Below are positions 37,642 to 46,609 of a stretch of DNA of 51,792 bases, in pieces (the stretch's first letter is position 1; each line of letters begins with the position of its first letter). A program made the translations under genes and the position numbers. The stretch comes from a virus (lineage: Duplodnaviria > Caudoviricetes). The notes beneath the pieces are model-generated. The model was not told where the DNA came from, did no database searches, and saw only the letters and a list, made by a program, of their open reading frames with translations. The stretch is taken from IMG/VR virus record IMGVR_UViG_3300035659_000022, positions 1-51,792 of that record, one strand, 5' to 3'.

Positions 37642-38007
37642 ATGGACCCCAAATTCGCAGCGGTACTCCAAGCCCGACGTGAGCGCAGAACGCAACCTAA
37701 GCATTACTTTGCGACCCTGCGCGTTGTCGGAGACGATGACAAGCTCCACAGAACCGCCCGCACTGAAGACTTCATGACACTCGGTGAAGCTCGCACAAAC
37801 CTCGATGCGATGATGTCCAGCGCAGACGGTAAACAGGAAGGTTCTGTTGGAACAATCTTCCGCGTTGGCCCCAACGGAACCGAGACGATTGAGCACGCGG
37901 TTACCGTCAACGGCGAAGTCCGTCAAGCTTACCGTTCCAAGCCGAAATGGTACCTCATCGTCGCACCCTTTATCCGCACCAGCCTGTTCTACCACAAGAC
38001 CCCGTGA
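37642..38007 (+). CDS. Hypothetical protein
   Basis: ATG 37642 immediately after the previous stop. Confidence 0.6.
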   Translation: MDPKFAAVLQARRERRTQPKHYFATLRVVGDDDKLHRTARTEDFMTLGEARTNLDAMMSSADGKQEGSVGTIFRVGPNGTETIEHAVTVNGEVRQAYRSKPKWYLIVAPFIRTSLFYHKTP

Positions 38008-38276
38008 CACCGACCTATTGTTCCCACCCGCAACCGTTCACTCGTGAAGAGCGGATCCAGTCGAACTATGAGTTTGCGCTCGGCCTTGGACGCTACGATC
38101 TCAACCGGCTTGACAACGCAAAACAACTTGCTCTCGATCCCGAAAAGTTCCACCTAAAGATAGCCCAGTACGAAACAACTATATGGCGTTGTTTATGTAT
38201 GGATCACGCGTACCGAACCAACATTACTTGTAAACACCAACTAGCGCGTATGCTAGAATCTTGCATCTTTGTGTAG
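38004..38276 (+). CDS. SWIM-type zinc finger protein
   Basis: CLCMD...CKH (CxC-xn-CxH); GTGA overlap. Confidence 0.6.
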   Translation: MTPTYCSHPQPFTREERIQSNYEFALGLGRYDLNRLDNAKQLALDPEKFHLKIAQYETTIWRCLCMDHAYRTNITCKHQLARMLESCIFV

Positions 38277-38336
38277 AACCGACGCCGGCCGAGTCACCTG
38301 ATGGAAAGCGCAATGTGATATCTGACATGCGGAACA

Positions 38337-38376
38337 AAAGAGCCCCCTTCCAAAAAGCCCCAAGATACGGTATAAT
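38337..38376 (+). promoter_or_regulatory. Early promoter, AAAGAG-class
   Basis: AAAGAG..TTCCAA-N17-TATAATTATAGTAAC. Confidence 0.75.
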
Positions 38377-38424
38377 TATAGTAACATGAAAAATCCAAAC
38401 AGCCACCTGGAAAAGAGGATACCC

Positions 38425-38751
38425 ATGACGATTGCACATAAGATTAAGAACGTGCCTGACGCCACCTGCGAGAAGTGTCCGATGCAGTGGGAGGGCGAGT
38501 GTAGAGCGTTTAGTACCCCTCACAGCCAGGAAGAGCGTCAACAACGGTCCAACCTCGCGCCGCTATGCGACCCGCCAAAGAACACCTGGAAATGTACACG
38601 ATGCGGACGACGGCTGCCTACAGGCGGTAGCGTCTGGTCCTGGCGGCGGAGCAAACACACGCAAGGGGAACCGAGCGGCTATTTGTGTGACCCTTGCGCA
38701 GACGCACGCGAGGCTGGAATAGACTGGATACCCCATAACCAGGATACGTAA
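38425..38751 (+). CDS. Cys-rich zinc-binding protein
   Basis: GAGGA RBS; CEKC, CTRC, CDPC. Confidence 0.6.
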   Translation: MTIAHKIKNVPDATCEKCPMQWEGECRAFSTPHSQEERQQRSNLAPLCDPPKNTWKCTRCGRRLPTGGSVWSWRRSKHTQGEPSGYLCDPCADAREAGIDWIPHNQDT

Positions 38752-38764
38752 GGATTCGTCCATA

Positions 38765-38974
38765 ATGGATAGTGTCGCAGCCAAGTTACGTAAGGATGCA
38801 AAGCTCATTAGCCACTTGGTAGCAGTTCTAAGGCGGATGACTAGAATGCTACAATTATGGCAAGAGAGATTTGCCGAAGCCCGGCCGATCGTTAGCCAGT
38901 ATTTCAAGGTAGAGCTGATCCCGCTCTTACAAGAGTGGATAGCCGAATTAGATCCGACTCAACCAAGGAGGTAA
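38765..38974 (+). CDS. Hypothetical protein
   Basis: Fits operon spacing. Confidence 0.5.
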   Translation: MDSVAAKLRKDAKLISHLVAVLRRMTRMLQLWQERFAEARPIVSQYFKVELIPLLQEWIAELDPTQPRR

Positions 38975-38976
38975 CT

Positions 38977-39234
38977 ATGATCAAAAACCCCTACACTATA
39001 CACCCCGACGAAATTCAGCCGGGCGACGTATTCGTACAAACCGTCACCATCCACGTGAATCGAAGGGATTCTCTAGGGCGTGTGCTAGTCCGAGCGTACC
39101 GTTGTGGCTACCCACCCCAAGTCTCGGACGACGGCATTCCTCAAGGCAATCCTATTGCTCCGGAACTCCTCAATGCAATCCTCCAGGCGTTTGCACCTAC
39201 CCTACTGGATGTAAACGCTCAACCGGACCTTTAA
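38977..39234 (+). CDS. Hypothetical protein
   Basis: AAGGAGG RBS before ATG 38977 (MIKNPY...). Confidence 0.65.
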   Translation: MIKNPYTIHPDEIQPGDVFVQTVTIHVNRRDSLGRVLVRAYRCGYPPQVSDDGIPQGNPIAPELLNAILQAFAPTLLDVNAQPDL

Positions 39235-39238
39235 TGCT

Positions 39239-39604
39239 ATGGTCACACCAACTAGCTACGATATTGAAGATGCGGCAACGGAGTTAGGTTTCTCGGCTAT
39301 GTACATTCGGGTGTTAGTTCATAGTGGACGCCTTAACTCTACCATGGAACCTATCACTCCAGGTTCCTTGGTCACCAAGCATGTGATTACGGCCGAAGAG
39401 CTGGAACGCTTCCGGAACGAGGTACCACACAAATCGAAGCGCGCCGACGGACGGAACAAGTTCATCATCTACTTGCTTCCTACCGAAATTGCACCCGCCC
39501 GAAAGGCTTTGGAAAAGGCGGGGCTACCAGAGGTCGCAAGTGGAATCAGGCCATCGAACAGGCTAAAGGGCTACACCCCACCAACCAAGGGGGGTAAAAA
39601 GTGA
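39239..39604 (+). CDS. Excisionase/MerR-like HTH protein, paralog 3
   Basis: YDIEDAATELGFSAMYIRVLVHSGRL...KHVIT...KRADGRNKFIIY. Confidence 0.8.
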   Translation: MVTPTSYDIEDAATELGFSAMYIRVLVHSGRLNSTMEPITPGSLVTKHVITAEELERFRNEVPHKSKRADGRNKFIIYLLPTEIAPARKALEKAGLPEVASGIRPSNRLKGYTPPTKGGKK

Positions 39605-40176
39605 GCCCTTTTCATGTGTATGACTCCTTCACAGGTGAGGAGTTCCCGAAGCACTCCATGGCGGCGGTTTCTTACTCTCCGTTGTGGCAGCTCGTACGCC
39701 TCCGGTGTCACTTCAAGACGTTGGACGCTACACGTGTGGCCGTTGCTACACTAGATGTGTATATAGGGTTGTCAGCTAGTAAAGAGGAGAGGCAATATCG
39801 TGCCTGGCGGGCGGCTAACTTATTGAGGGCAGTACCTCTTGCAACTCCGTCGTCGATTGGCATCCACTATGTTGACCGGGAGGTTGGTAGCTATATGCCC
39901 ACCCAAACCGAAAGGCTCTTCAAACTAACCCAAGAGGTAGGGCTACCGACTTACTGGGACTGGGCGGTCACGCGGAGGGAGGTACTTAGTTTGTGGCAGA
40001 AGACTCCCGAGCTCTTCATGCACTGCATCAAGCAGAAACGAGGGCTCGTAGCTCGCAGGGCACACCAAGGCCCTAAGAATGAACTACGTTACTACCTAAC
40101 GATTTGTCAGGACATTATGGATGAATACATCCCACTCGCATTGTTCAAGGAGACCTATGACCAAAATGCAGAATGA
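39601..40176 (+). CDS. Hypothetical protein
   Basis: 191-aa ORF coupled to its neighbours. Confidence 0.6.
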   Translation: MSPFHVYDSFTGEEFPKHSMAAVSYSPLWQLVRLRCHFKTLDATRVAVATLDVYIGLSASKEERQYRAWRAANLLRAVPLATPSSIGIHYVDREVGSYMPTQTERLFKLTQEVGLPTYWDWAVTRREVLSLWQKTPELFMHCIKQKRGLVARRAHQGPKNELRYYLTICQDIMDEYIPLALFKETYDQNAE

Positions 40177-40429
40177 CCCCCCACAAGCCGTTTCCCCCAA
40201 CGACGACCACGTACCTGACAGGCAGAAGGCCCTAGCACAGGAAAAAGCTAGGCTAACCTTCCACCAGCCTACACGGCAAAAGCATTGGCGCCCCGCTGGT
40301 CATGAGGAGGCCGAGGAGGCCGAGGCCGAGGAGAAGAGGCGGCGTAAGATGGCAAAGGCAAGTACAAAAGCGAACCGACGGCATGCAAACAAGAAACGCA
40401 AAGCGTCAAGGCCCAAGAGGCATAAATGA
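40157..40429 (+). CDS. Hypothetical protein with a very basic C-terminus
   Basis: AAGGAG RBS before ATG 40157; KRRRK...KKRKASRPKRHK. Confidence 0.55.
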   Translation: MTKMQNDPPQAVSPNDDHVPDRQKALAQEKARLTFHQPTRQKHWRPAGHEEAEEAEAEEKRRRKMAKASTKANRRHANKKRKASRPKRHK

Positions 40430-40641
40430 CCGCTCAGACTATAGCCTTTATAGCGTTGGCAGTAGCTTTTGCCATCCAGACCTACATCACCGGCCGAGTC
40501 TTGTTCCGACACCAACGAGTCCTCGAATGGTTTGCCCAACACATCAAGCTGGACTCCCGCAATATACCCGCGGGCATTCCAAAGGACCTACAAGCACTGA
40601 TTAAGGAGGAGGCCAATATCGACGATACGACAAAGTCCTAA
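40426..40641 (+). CDS. Small membrane-anchored protein
   Basis: N-terminal hydrophobic helix IAFIALAVAFAI. Confidence 0.55.
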   Translation: MTAQTIAFIALAVAFAIQTYITGRVLFRHQRVLEWFAQHIKLDSRNIPAGIPKDLQALIKEEANIDDTTKS

Positions 40642-40648
40642 AAAACAC

Positions 40649-40677
40649 TAGCCAAAAACTAAAGAGGCTGTTACAAT
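40649..40677 (+). promoter_or_regulatory. Sigma70-type promoter
   Basis: TAGCCA-N17-TACAAT with TG extension. Confidence 0.6.
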
Positions 40678-40737
40678 TACTTCAACATCAATCAACCAGG
40701 GCGCCATGCCCGCACACAAACCGAAAGGAGCTTTACC

Positions 40738-41184
40738 ATGGCACAACTCGATCTGAGCAACATCAAGTGGCCCGACAAGATGGATCTGCGCACAGCCTCC
40801 ATCTTCCTGGAGCTGTCTGACATGCGTGTGCGTACGCTCGCGCGTGAGGAGACGCTCCCCTCGACGAAGGACGAAGAGGGCAATTGGGTCTTCGCACTGG
40901 CCGACCTCAAGGCCTACAAGTCCACTCCGCACCCCCGCAAGGGTGGTGGTGGCGGTGGACCTCGCGGTGAAGGCAAGACCTGGAAGATCAAGGTCAAATT
41001 CGAGGACGTCGAGAAAGTGAAAGCCGCCCTCGCCCCCTTCGGCATCGTCCTCCAGCCCGCGTACGACGCGGCAAAGATGAAGGAAGGCAATATCCGGCGC
41101 AAGGCAGCGAAAGCGGCTGCTACGGCCAAGTCAACGGCCGGCTATCAGCAGGCCAAGCAGGCCTCCAGCCCCACCAAGAAATAA
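40738..41184 (+). CDS. Excisionase/MerR-like HTH protein, paralog 4, with a Lys/Ala-rich tail
   Basis: AAAGGAG RBS; DLRTASIFLELSDMRVRTLAREETL...ADLKAY; AAKAAA histone-like tail; high-expression codons. Confidence 0.75.
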   Translation: MAQLDLSNIKWPDKMDLRTASIFLELSDMRVRTLAREETLPSTKDEEGNWVFALADLKAYKSTPHPRKGGGGGGPRGEGKTWKIKVKFEDVEKVKAALAPFGIVLQPAYDAAKMKEGNIRRKAAKAAATAKSTAGYQQAKQASSPTKK

Positions 41185-41191
41185 CTCCAAC

Positions 41192-41224
41192 GGAGGTAGG
41201 CTCTCACAAAGGGAGCCTACCTCC
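41192..41224 (+). terminator. Hairpin after paralog 4
   Basis: GGAGGTAGGCTC...GAGCCTACCTCC. Confidence 0.65.
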
Positions 41225-41239
41225 TAAGGACATGATGAG

Positions 41240-41686
41240 ATGATCATACTTGCATTGGATCCAGGAGCAACTACCGGCTATTGCCTAGTCGACGACAGTA
41301 CCGGCTTTGGAGTTGTGAGCGTTGGTGAGATACCGTGGGATTCCCGTCTCGGGTTGCTCACGGCCCTCATCGGCGGCACGTCCGCACACAACGGGCTGCT
41401 GCAGCCCCAGGCCGTGGTCGTTGAAGCATTCCGTTTACGACCTGGCCGAGCGATGGAACAGGTCGGTTCGATATTTCCAAGTGTGCGTATCATAGGCATC
41501 ATCGAGGCGCTGCTCTACCAACGTCCCGACCGTTCGAAAGTACCCCTCGTCTTTCAAGAACCTGGCATTATGGCCCGCGTAGAGGTCCTACCAGAGCACG
41601 CCGACCTCTTCGTAGGCATGCCGCATGCAAAAGACGCCTATAAACACGCCCGCTACTATACCCTAACAACCAGAGAGCACACATGA
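41240..41686 (+). CDS. RuvC-like Holliday junction resolvase
   Basis: ILALDPGATTG, VVVE, HAKDA. Confidence 0.75.
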   Translation: MIILALDPGATTGYCLVDDSTGFGVVSVGEIPWDSRLGLLTALIGGTSAHNGLLQPQAVVVEAFRLRPGRAMEQVGSIFPSVRIIGIIEALLYQRPDRSKVPLVFQEPGIMARVEVLPEHADLFVGMPHAKDAYKHARYYTLTTREHT

Positions 41687-41904
41687 ACAATCAACACCTT
41701 GACGTTATACTAACCGAATGCTGTTGTACCGAAATGGCTCGAGCAAGGACCGTAGGCACCATCGTAGAGTGGTCCACCGGCACCCTTGCTATCCGAAATA
41801 CTCCTCACATGGTCGACGACGGCAACGGCGTTATGGATGACATGTCTGGAGAATGTCCTATCAAATTCTGCCCATTCTGCGGTTCGGAGCTTCCGCACAC
41901 ATGA
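41683..41904 (+). CDS. Small Cys-containing hypothetical protein
   Basis: CC...IKFCPFCG. Confidence 0.55.
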   Translation: MNNQHLDVILTECCCTEMARARTVGTIVEWSTGTLAIRNTPHMVDDGNGVMDDMSGECPIKFCPFCGSELPHT

Positions 41905-42122
41905 GCGCCAACGGAGTATACGTTCACGTAGCATACCTCAAGCGGGTGCTGAGAATTGCCGCAAAAGAGGTTTTCGGGGTGGAAGCCTCTGAGACCCAAA
42001 TTCAACAAAAACTCGACGCTTGGCATAAGGAAGCAAGGCTACCGGTGAACCATGCACTCAAAGAAGAGCGTATCCTCTCAAATCGCGTACCTGTTCAAAC
42101 CGTGGATTGTAAAGCGGCCTAA
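41901..42122 (+). CDS. Hypothetical protein
   Basis: ATGA overlap at 41901. Confidence 0.45.
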   Translation: MSANGVYVHVAYLKRVLRIAAKEVFGVEASETQIQQKLDAWHKEARLPVNHALKEERILSNRVPVQTVDCKAA

Positions 42123-42206
42123 TGGCGGTTGTCAAGTCTTGTTCCCCCTCACAGAACTCGACAAACTCGTCGCGGCGATAATCAAGATAGTGAAAGCAGG
42201 CGAGTC

Positions 42207-42248
42207 ATAAAAACACCTTACCCATTCCAAGTACAGGCCATCCAGGCG
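42207..42248 (+). repeat. Degenerate duplicate of the first 42 nt of the helicase gene
   Basis: 38/42 identical to 42918-42959; ATG changed to ATA. Confidence 0.85.
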
Positions 42249-42253
42249 CAAAA

Positions 42254-42565
42254 ATGATGCTACATTCGATCCCCCCTGCAAATCGCCAGCCCCGGCACCC
42301 CCCTAGTTCCATGCGGGCTGCTGCGAATGCCGGCCTTACTATGGTCGGGAGGCAAAGCCGCCAACCGACTCCCTCCGAAGAAACATTCCGGCCTAAGACT
42401 GTCCGCCCTAACCCTCAAGTCCAGGAACAAAAGGAAGGCTATTACAAAGCCGTTGAATTGCTCGCCAAACAGTTAACCGGACTAGCTGCTGCTGCTACCG
42501 ATCCGAGTGAGATTTTACATTGGCAGCGGGCACTAGACCAGTTGAAGGAGAATACAATATGGTAG
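42254..42565 (+). CDS. Hypothetical protein
   Basis: ORF lying between the direct repeats. Confidence 0.5.
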   Translation: MMLHSIPPANRQPRHPPSSMRAAANAGLTMVGRQSRQPTPSEETFRPKTVRPNPQVQEQKEGYYKAVELLAKQLTGLAAAATDPSEILHWQRALDQLKENTIW

Positions 42566-42921
42566 CCGACGAAAGTGATGTCGTTAACTCTATGATCAGC
42601 GTTCAGACTAGATATTTCCCCGAGCTTCAAGGTACGCTATTTGAGATCGTGTTTGATCAGTCTTTCGATGGCGTGGTAGGCCGTGCGCTCTCCGGGAAAG
42701 TGCCTAAAGTGATCCTACATTACAGCGATATCCGTATTTTGGAGCCAGCGTACCGTATGGGCTTGGTCCCAGTTATCGCCCACGAGCTAGCGCACTTTAT
42801 CGATCCAGTCGATCCCGAACGTATCATGCGTGAACGGCTGCCTGCGCCGATGATGGCACTGTGGGAAGAACTGTTAAAGGAGGGTTACGCTAAATGCTCC
42901 ATGGCACAATCACTACGATGA
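42559..42921 (+). CDS. HEXXH zinc metallopeptidase-like protein
   Basis: AAGGAG RBS; VIAHELAHF. Confidence 0.6.
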   Translation: MVADESDVVNSMISVQTRYFPELQGTLFEIVFDQSFDGVVGRALSGKVPKVILHYSDIRILEPAYRMGLVPVIAHELAHFIDPVDPERIMRERLPAPMMALWEELLKEGYAKCSMAQSLR

Positions 42922-44198
42922 AAACACCTTACCCATTCCAAACACAGGCCATACAGGCGATTACTGAGTCGCCTGGTTTCCTGCTATGTGATGAATGTGG
43001 CTTAGGCAAAACGTTGCAAGCCATCGAGATTGCCAAAGCTACTCGCAAAACAACGGCGGGATGGCAATGCTTGGTTATCACACCACCAGTACTGATCCCC
43101 CAGTGGAAAGCCGAGATTGAGGGTCAAGACCCAGGGCAGCTGATCACCATCGTAAACCGCATGCCCCTAGACTACGCATCGCTAAGCGGGTATATACTAA
43201 TGAGCATTTACGACCTTACATCCGCAATCGTTCGGCAACCCCTGTTCACCCACCTCTTCGACATGACCATCGTCGATGAAGCGCACAGGATCAAAAATCG
43301 GAAGACGAAGACCGCGATGTGGATAAAACAGATCCCTGCGGCCCGCCGGCTTTGCCTGACCGGTACCCCTATGGAAAAAAACCCCGCGGACTTATGGTCG
43401 CTACTCAACTACGTTGCTCCTGACGACTTTCCCGCCTACTGGGGCTTCGTTATGACCCACCTTCAGGTCACCGAAGGGTACTTTGAGAAGTACGTGGTCG
43501 GTGGTGCAAAAAACCCCGCGAGGTTTGGAGAGCTATTACGCCCGTACATGCTCCGGCGTACTAAGGTGCAAGTCGCCCCCCAACTGCCCGAAAGAATCGA
43601 CATATTGCAACAGGTAGCTTTGGGAGAGGAGCAGGGTGCCTTGTACGACGAGGTCCGGCACCAAAAGGATATCTTGGTAACCGCCGGCGGGCAAGAATTT
43701 CTAATTCAAAATGCCCTCGTACTGCTTACCCGCTTACAGCAAATCTCCGCATGGCCCCCATTGTTGGGCTTTGAAGGGGTGCCTTCAGGCAAGCTCGATT
43801 GGCTTCACGAGTTCCTCCTAGATCACCCCGATGACCGAGTTGTTATCTTTACCCGATTCCGCAACCTTGCAATTTACCTAGCTGTGATGTTGGACTGCGA
43901 CATTATCATCGGAGGGCGGAAAGAGATGTCCGCCGAGCCTAAGGTCCTCGTCGGCACCATTGACGCTATGGGTGAAGGACTAAACTTAGGTTGGGCAAAA
44001 CATGCTATCTTTTTAGATTCGCACTGGAGTACCATTCGCATGTCACAAGCCCTCGACCGCATTCACAGGATCGACATCAAGGAGCCCAAGAATGTGTATA
44101 TGCTGTTTTCTACACTCGAAGACAAGCTTGTCTTGGACGCGTTGGCAAATAAGTGGTCGGAAGCGGAATTAGTCTATCACTTTATAGACACTCTATAG
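42918..44198 (+). CDS. SNF2-family (SF2) helicase
   Basis: CGLGKT, DEAH, LTGTP, RRTK, EGLNL, QALDRIHR. Confidence 0.9.
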   Translation: MKTPYPFQTQAIQAITESPGFLLCDECGLGKTLQAIEIAKATRKTTAGWQCLVITPPVLIPQWKAEIEGQDPGQLITIVNRMPLDYASLSGYILMSIYDLTSAIVRQPLFTHLFDMTIVDEAHRIKNRKTKTAMWIKQIPAARRLCLTGTPMEKNPADLWSLLNYVAPDDFPAYWGFVMTHLQVTEGYFEKYVVGGAKNPARFGELLRPYMLRRTKVQVAPQLPERIDILQQVALGEEQGALYDEVRHQKDILVTAGGQEFLIQNALVLLTRLQQISAWPPLLGFEGVPSGKLDWLHEFLLDHPDDRVVIFTRFRNLAIYLAVMLDCDIIIGGRKEMSAEPKVLVGTIDAMGEGLNLGWAKHAIFLDSHWSTIRMSQALDRIHRIDIKEPKNVYMLFSTLEDKLVLDALANKWSEAELVYHFIDTL

Positions 44199-44255
44199 AT
44201 ATAATAACTAGGCCCTTCCTTTTTTCAATCAAAGAAGTTATAATTTTAGACTATT

Positions 44256-44744
44256 ATGGAACCTCTACGATTGTGTACCAAGTGCGGCGAATTCAAGCCC
44301 CTATCGGCGTTTTACAAGCAAACGGCGAGTCCTGACGGCTTGAATAACCATTGTAAGGAGTGTATATATGCATACGTTGATGCACATAGAGAAGTACACA
44401 AAGCACGCCGCGCGGCACGGCGAAAGGCGAGCCAAGAACGCGATGCAGCATATATTGCCCATTACAAAACACGCGATGCCGCATCCATGCGTAAGCGTAA
44501 GTACAACCTTACGACGGAGGGTTACAATGCTTTGGTAGCCGCCCAAGAAGGCAAATGTGCAATCTGTGGCAACCCTCCAGTAGAAGGCAAGGAGTTATTT
44601 GTGGACCACAATCACCTATCCAACAAGGTGCGTGGACTGCTTTGTCACAGGTGTAACCAGGGCTTGATTGATGACATTGCTTGGCACCAGAAGGCTATTG
44701 AATACTTGCAAGAGGCAGGTAGAGATGCAGTCGATCCATATTAG
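44256..44744 (+). CDS. Recombination endonuclease VII-like nuclease
   Basis: CAICG...VDHNH...VRGLLCHRCN; TATAAT at 44239. Confidence 0.85.
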   Translation: MEPLRLCTKCGEFKPLSAFYKQTASPDGLNNHCKECIYAYVDAHREVHKARRAARRKASQERDAAYIAHYKTRDAASMRKRKYNLTTEGYNALVAAQEGKCAICGNPPVEGKELFVDHNHLSNKVRGLLCHRCNQGLIDDIAWHQKAIEYLQEAGRDAVDPY

Positions 44745-45768
44745 CGACGTGAGGATGTTCCGCCAATGTAGACGTAGTTGGAATTGGGCATCTAGGATGA
44801 GAGGCAATTTAGAGCCTACGGTGCCCTACCCGCCATTCTACGTTGGCCGTATTGTCCATACAGCTTTGGAGTTGTATTACCGGGACGGTACCCCTCTGCT
44901 AGATTCGATGGAAGCAAATCTTGATAAGGATGCCCGCAACTTGTGGCCGCAAGAGGTGGTAACCTTCGACGAGCAGGTGGCCCTCATGCATAATATGTTG
45001 CTTCACTATAGTATGTGGACAGCATTAGACAAGAAGGCGTACTCGGATAGTAACCTTGAGTTTGTTTCGCTGGAACAAGAGTTCGAAGTGCCGATGCCTA
45101 CGCCATCAGGCCGACCTTCGCGGAAGTTTTTGCTAGCAGGACGCTTTGATGGTGTAGTGAGGCACAAAGAGACCGGCGAGTATTGGGTGTGGGAAACAAA
45201 GACCACCCGCAGTATCGAGGAACTAGTTAGGTCGTTAGCAAACGACGAGCAGTGCGGCGTCTATATGTACGCGGCGAATAAAATGCTTGGCGTGCCGGTA
45301 GTTGGAGTGCTCTACAATATAGTGAGAAAAAAGGCGCCGACACGCCCTACGGTTCTACAAAGCGGGCTGTTGTCAAAGAATACGAGTGTCGACTGTACCG
45401 CTTTCTTTTATCTAAACTGCATCAAGGAACTATATCCTGATTGGACTAAGGAAACGATTGCGGACTTCTTCGGCGACATTCTAGAGACCCTTGTGCCGAA
45501 CGAGTCAAAGTTCTTTATGCGCTACCCCGTTTACCGTTCCCCGATGGAAATCAAAAACCTAATGCAAGGGCTCTATTACACTGCCTGCGAGATGACTCGT
45601 AAGTCGTTACGTATATATCCTTCACCGAGTTGGTTGAGCTGTAATTTTTGCGTTTTCAAGGGGCCTTGTTTAACAATGAATATGGGGGGCGATTACGAAG
45701 TACTTCTTCGTGAGGAGTATCAGTCCCGCGACCTCGAAACACTATCAAAGGAGAATGGAGATGTCTAA
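44725..45768 (+). CDS. PD-(D/E)XK Cas4-like exonuclease
   Basis: C..R, GRFDG, WETKT, QxxxY, CNFCVFKGPC (Fe-S-type cysteines). Confidence 0.85.
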   Translation: MQSIHISDVRMFRQCRRSWNWASRMRGNLEPTVPYPPFYVGRIVHTALELYYRDGTPLLDSMEANLDKDARNLWPQEVVTFDEQVALMHNMLLHYSMWTALDKKAYSDSNLEFVSLEQEFEVPMPTPSGRPSRKFLLAGRFDGVVRHKETGEYWVWETKTTRSIEELVRSLANDEQCGVYMYAANKMLGVPVVGVLYNIVRKKAPTRPTVLQSGLLSKNTSVDCTAFFYLNCIKELYPDWTKETIADFFGDILETLVPNESKFFMRYPVYRSPMEIKNLMQGLYYTACEMTRKSLRIYPSPSWLSCNFCVFKGPCLTMNMGGDYEVLLREEYQSRDLETLSKENGDV

Positions 45769-46561
45769 ACGTTTTGCAGAAGAGGAAGGGGGACTGAGGG
45801 GCCTCATTTACGGGCAGCCCGGTTGTGGTAAGACTGTCTTAATGGCTACAGCTTGTGATGACGAGCGCTTCGGGCGTGTCCTAGATTTAGATGCCCATGG
45901 CAACCCGGAAGTACTGCGCCGCCGGAAGGACAAGCCCGACATCCTTGCTATGGAGGCCATGGAAGACTTCAATGAGCCCTACCGTTGGCTATCCGACGGG
46001 CAGGAACCGAAGGACGATGTTGCTAGGGAGTTCAAGCTCACTCCTCCTTATAAGACTATCTTCGTCGACAGTACAACCGAAGTGCAGCGGTTCGTTACAT
46101 CTATCATCACTGGTTCACTTAATGCCGCACCAGGAGACATAGTTGGAGGCCTAGATCGACTGGGCTTCGGTAAGTTGTTTGGTACTATGATGCATTGGTC
46201 GACAAAGATGTTTGAGCTCACCAAGCCCCCACACAATCTCAATGTCTTCTTCAATTGCCACGAGGCCTGGAAGCAAGACGAGAAACAGATTTTTCATTAC
46301 GCACCTCTTATCTGGGGTCAGTCAGGACTAGAGTTACCCGGATATGCTTTGCTTGTGATGCGCCTTACTGTAAAATCTCGCGTCGATGGAGACATTAAGG
46401 CATCCGACACCGCAGTGTTCGACGATGGGGTATTCAATGTTGGACAGATACGGGCAACGACGCAATCATACGCCAAAGATCAGTACGGCTGTGGTGTGAC
46501 GCATATTATCAATCCTACAATGGCGAAAATCATGGACCTCATTAGACAGGGTAGCTTATGA
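45761..46561 (+). CDS. Sak4-like AAA ATPase (recombinase)
   Basis: YGQPGCGKT, FVDS, HE, AKD; between the exonuclease and SSB. Confidence 0.75.
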   Translation: MSKRFAEEEGGLRGLIYGQPGCGKTVLMATACDDERFGRVLDLDAHGNPEVLRRRKDKPDILAMEAMEDFNEPYRWLSDGQEPKDDVAREFKLTPPYKTIFVDSTTEVQRFVTSIITGSLNAAPGDIVGGLDRLGFGKLFGTMMHWSTKMFELTKPPHNLNVFFNCHEAWKQDEKQIFHYAPLIWGQSGLELPGYALLVMRLTVKSRVDGDIKASDTAVFDDGVFNVGQIRATTQSYAKDQYGCGVTHIINPTMAKIMDLIRQGSL

Positions 46562-46593
46562 CCGTTCACCATTCACCATTCACCATTCACCAT
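46561..46593 (+). repeat. Tandem 7-mer (ACCATTC)n in the SSB leader
   Basis: ACCGTTC ACCATTC ACCATTC ACCATTC ACCAT. Confidence 0.85.
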
Positions 46594-46609
46594 ACGAAAG
46601 GAAACCAAC

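Noticed and set aside
44725-45768. Cas4-like gene as evidence of a CRISPR-Cas system
   Set aside because: It sits in the usual exonuclease-Sak4-SSB recombination module; no other cas genes or array.
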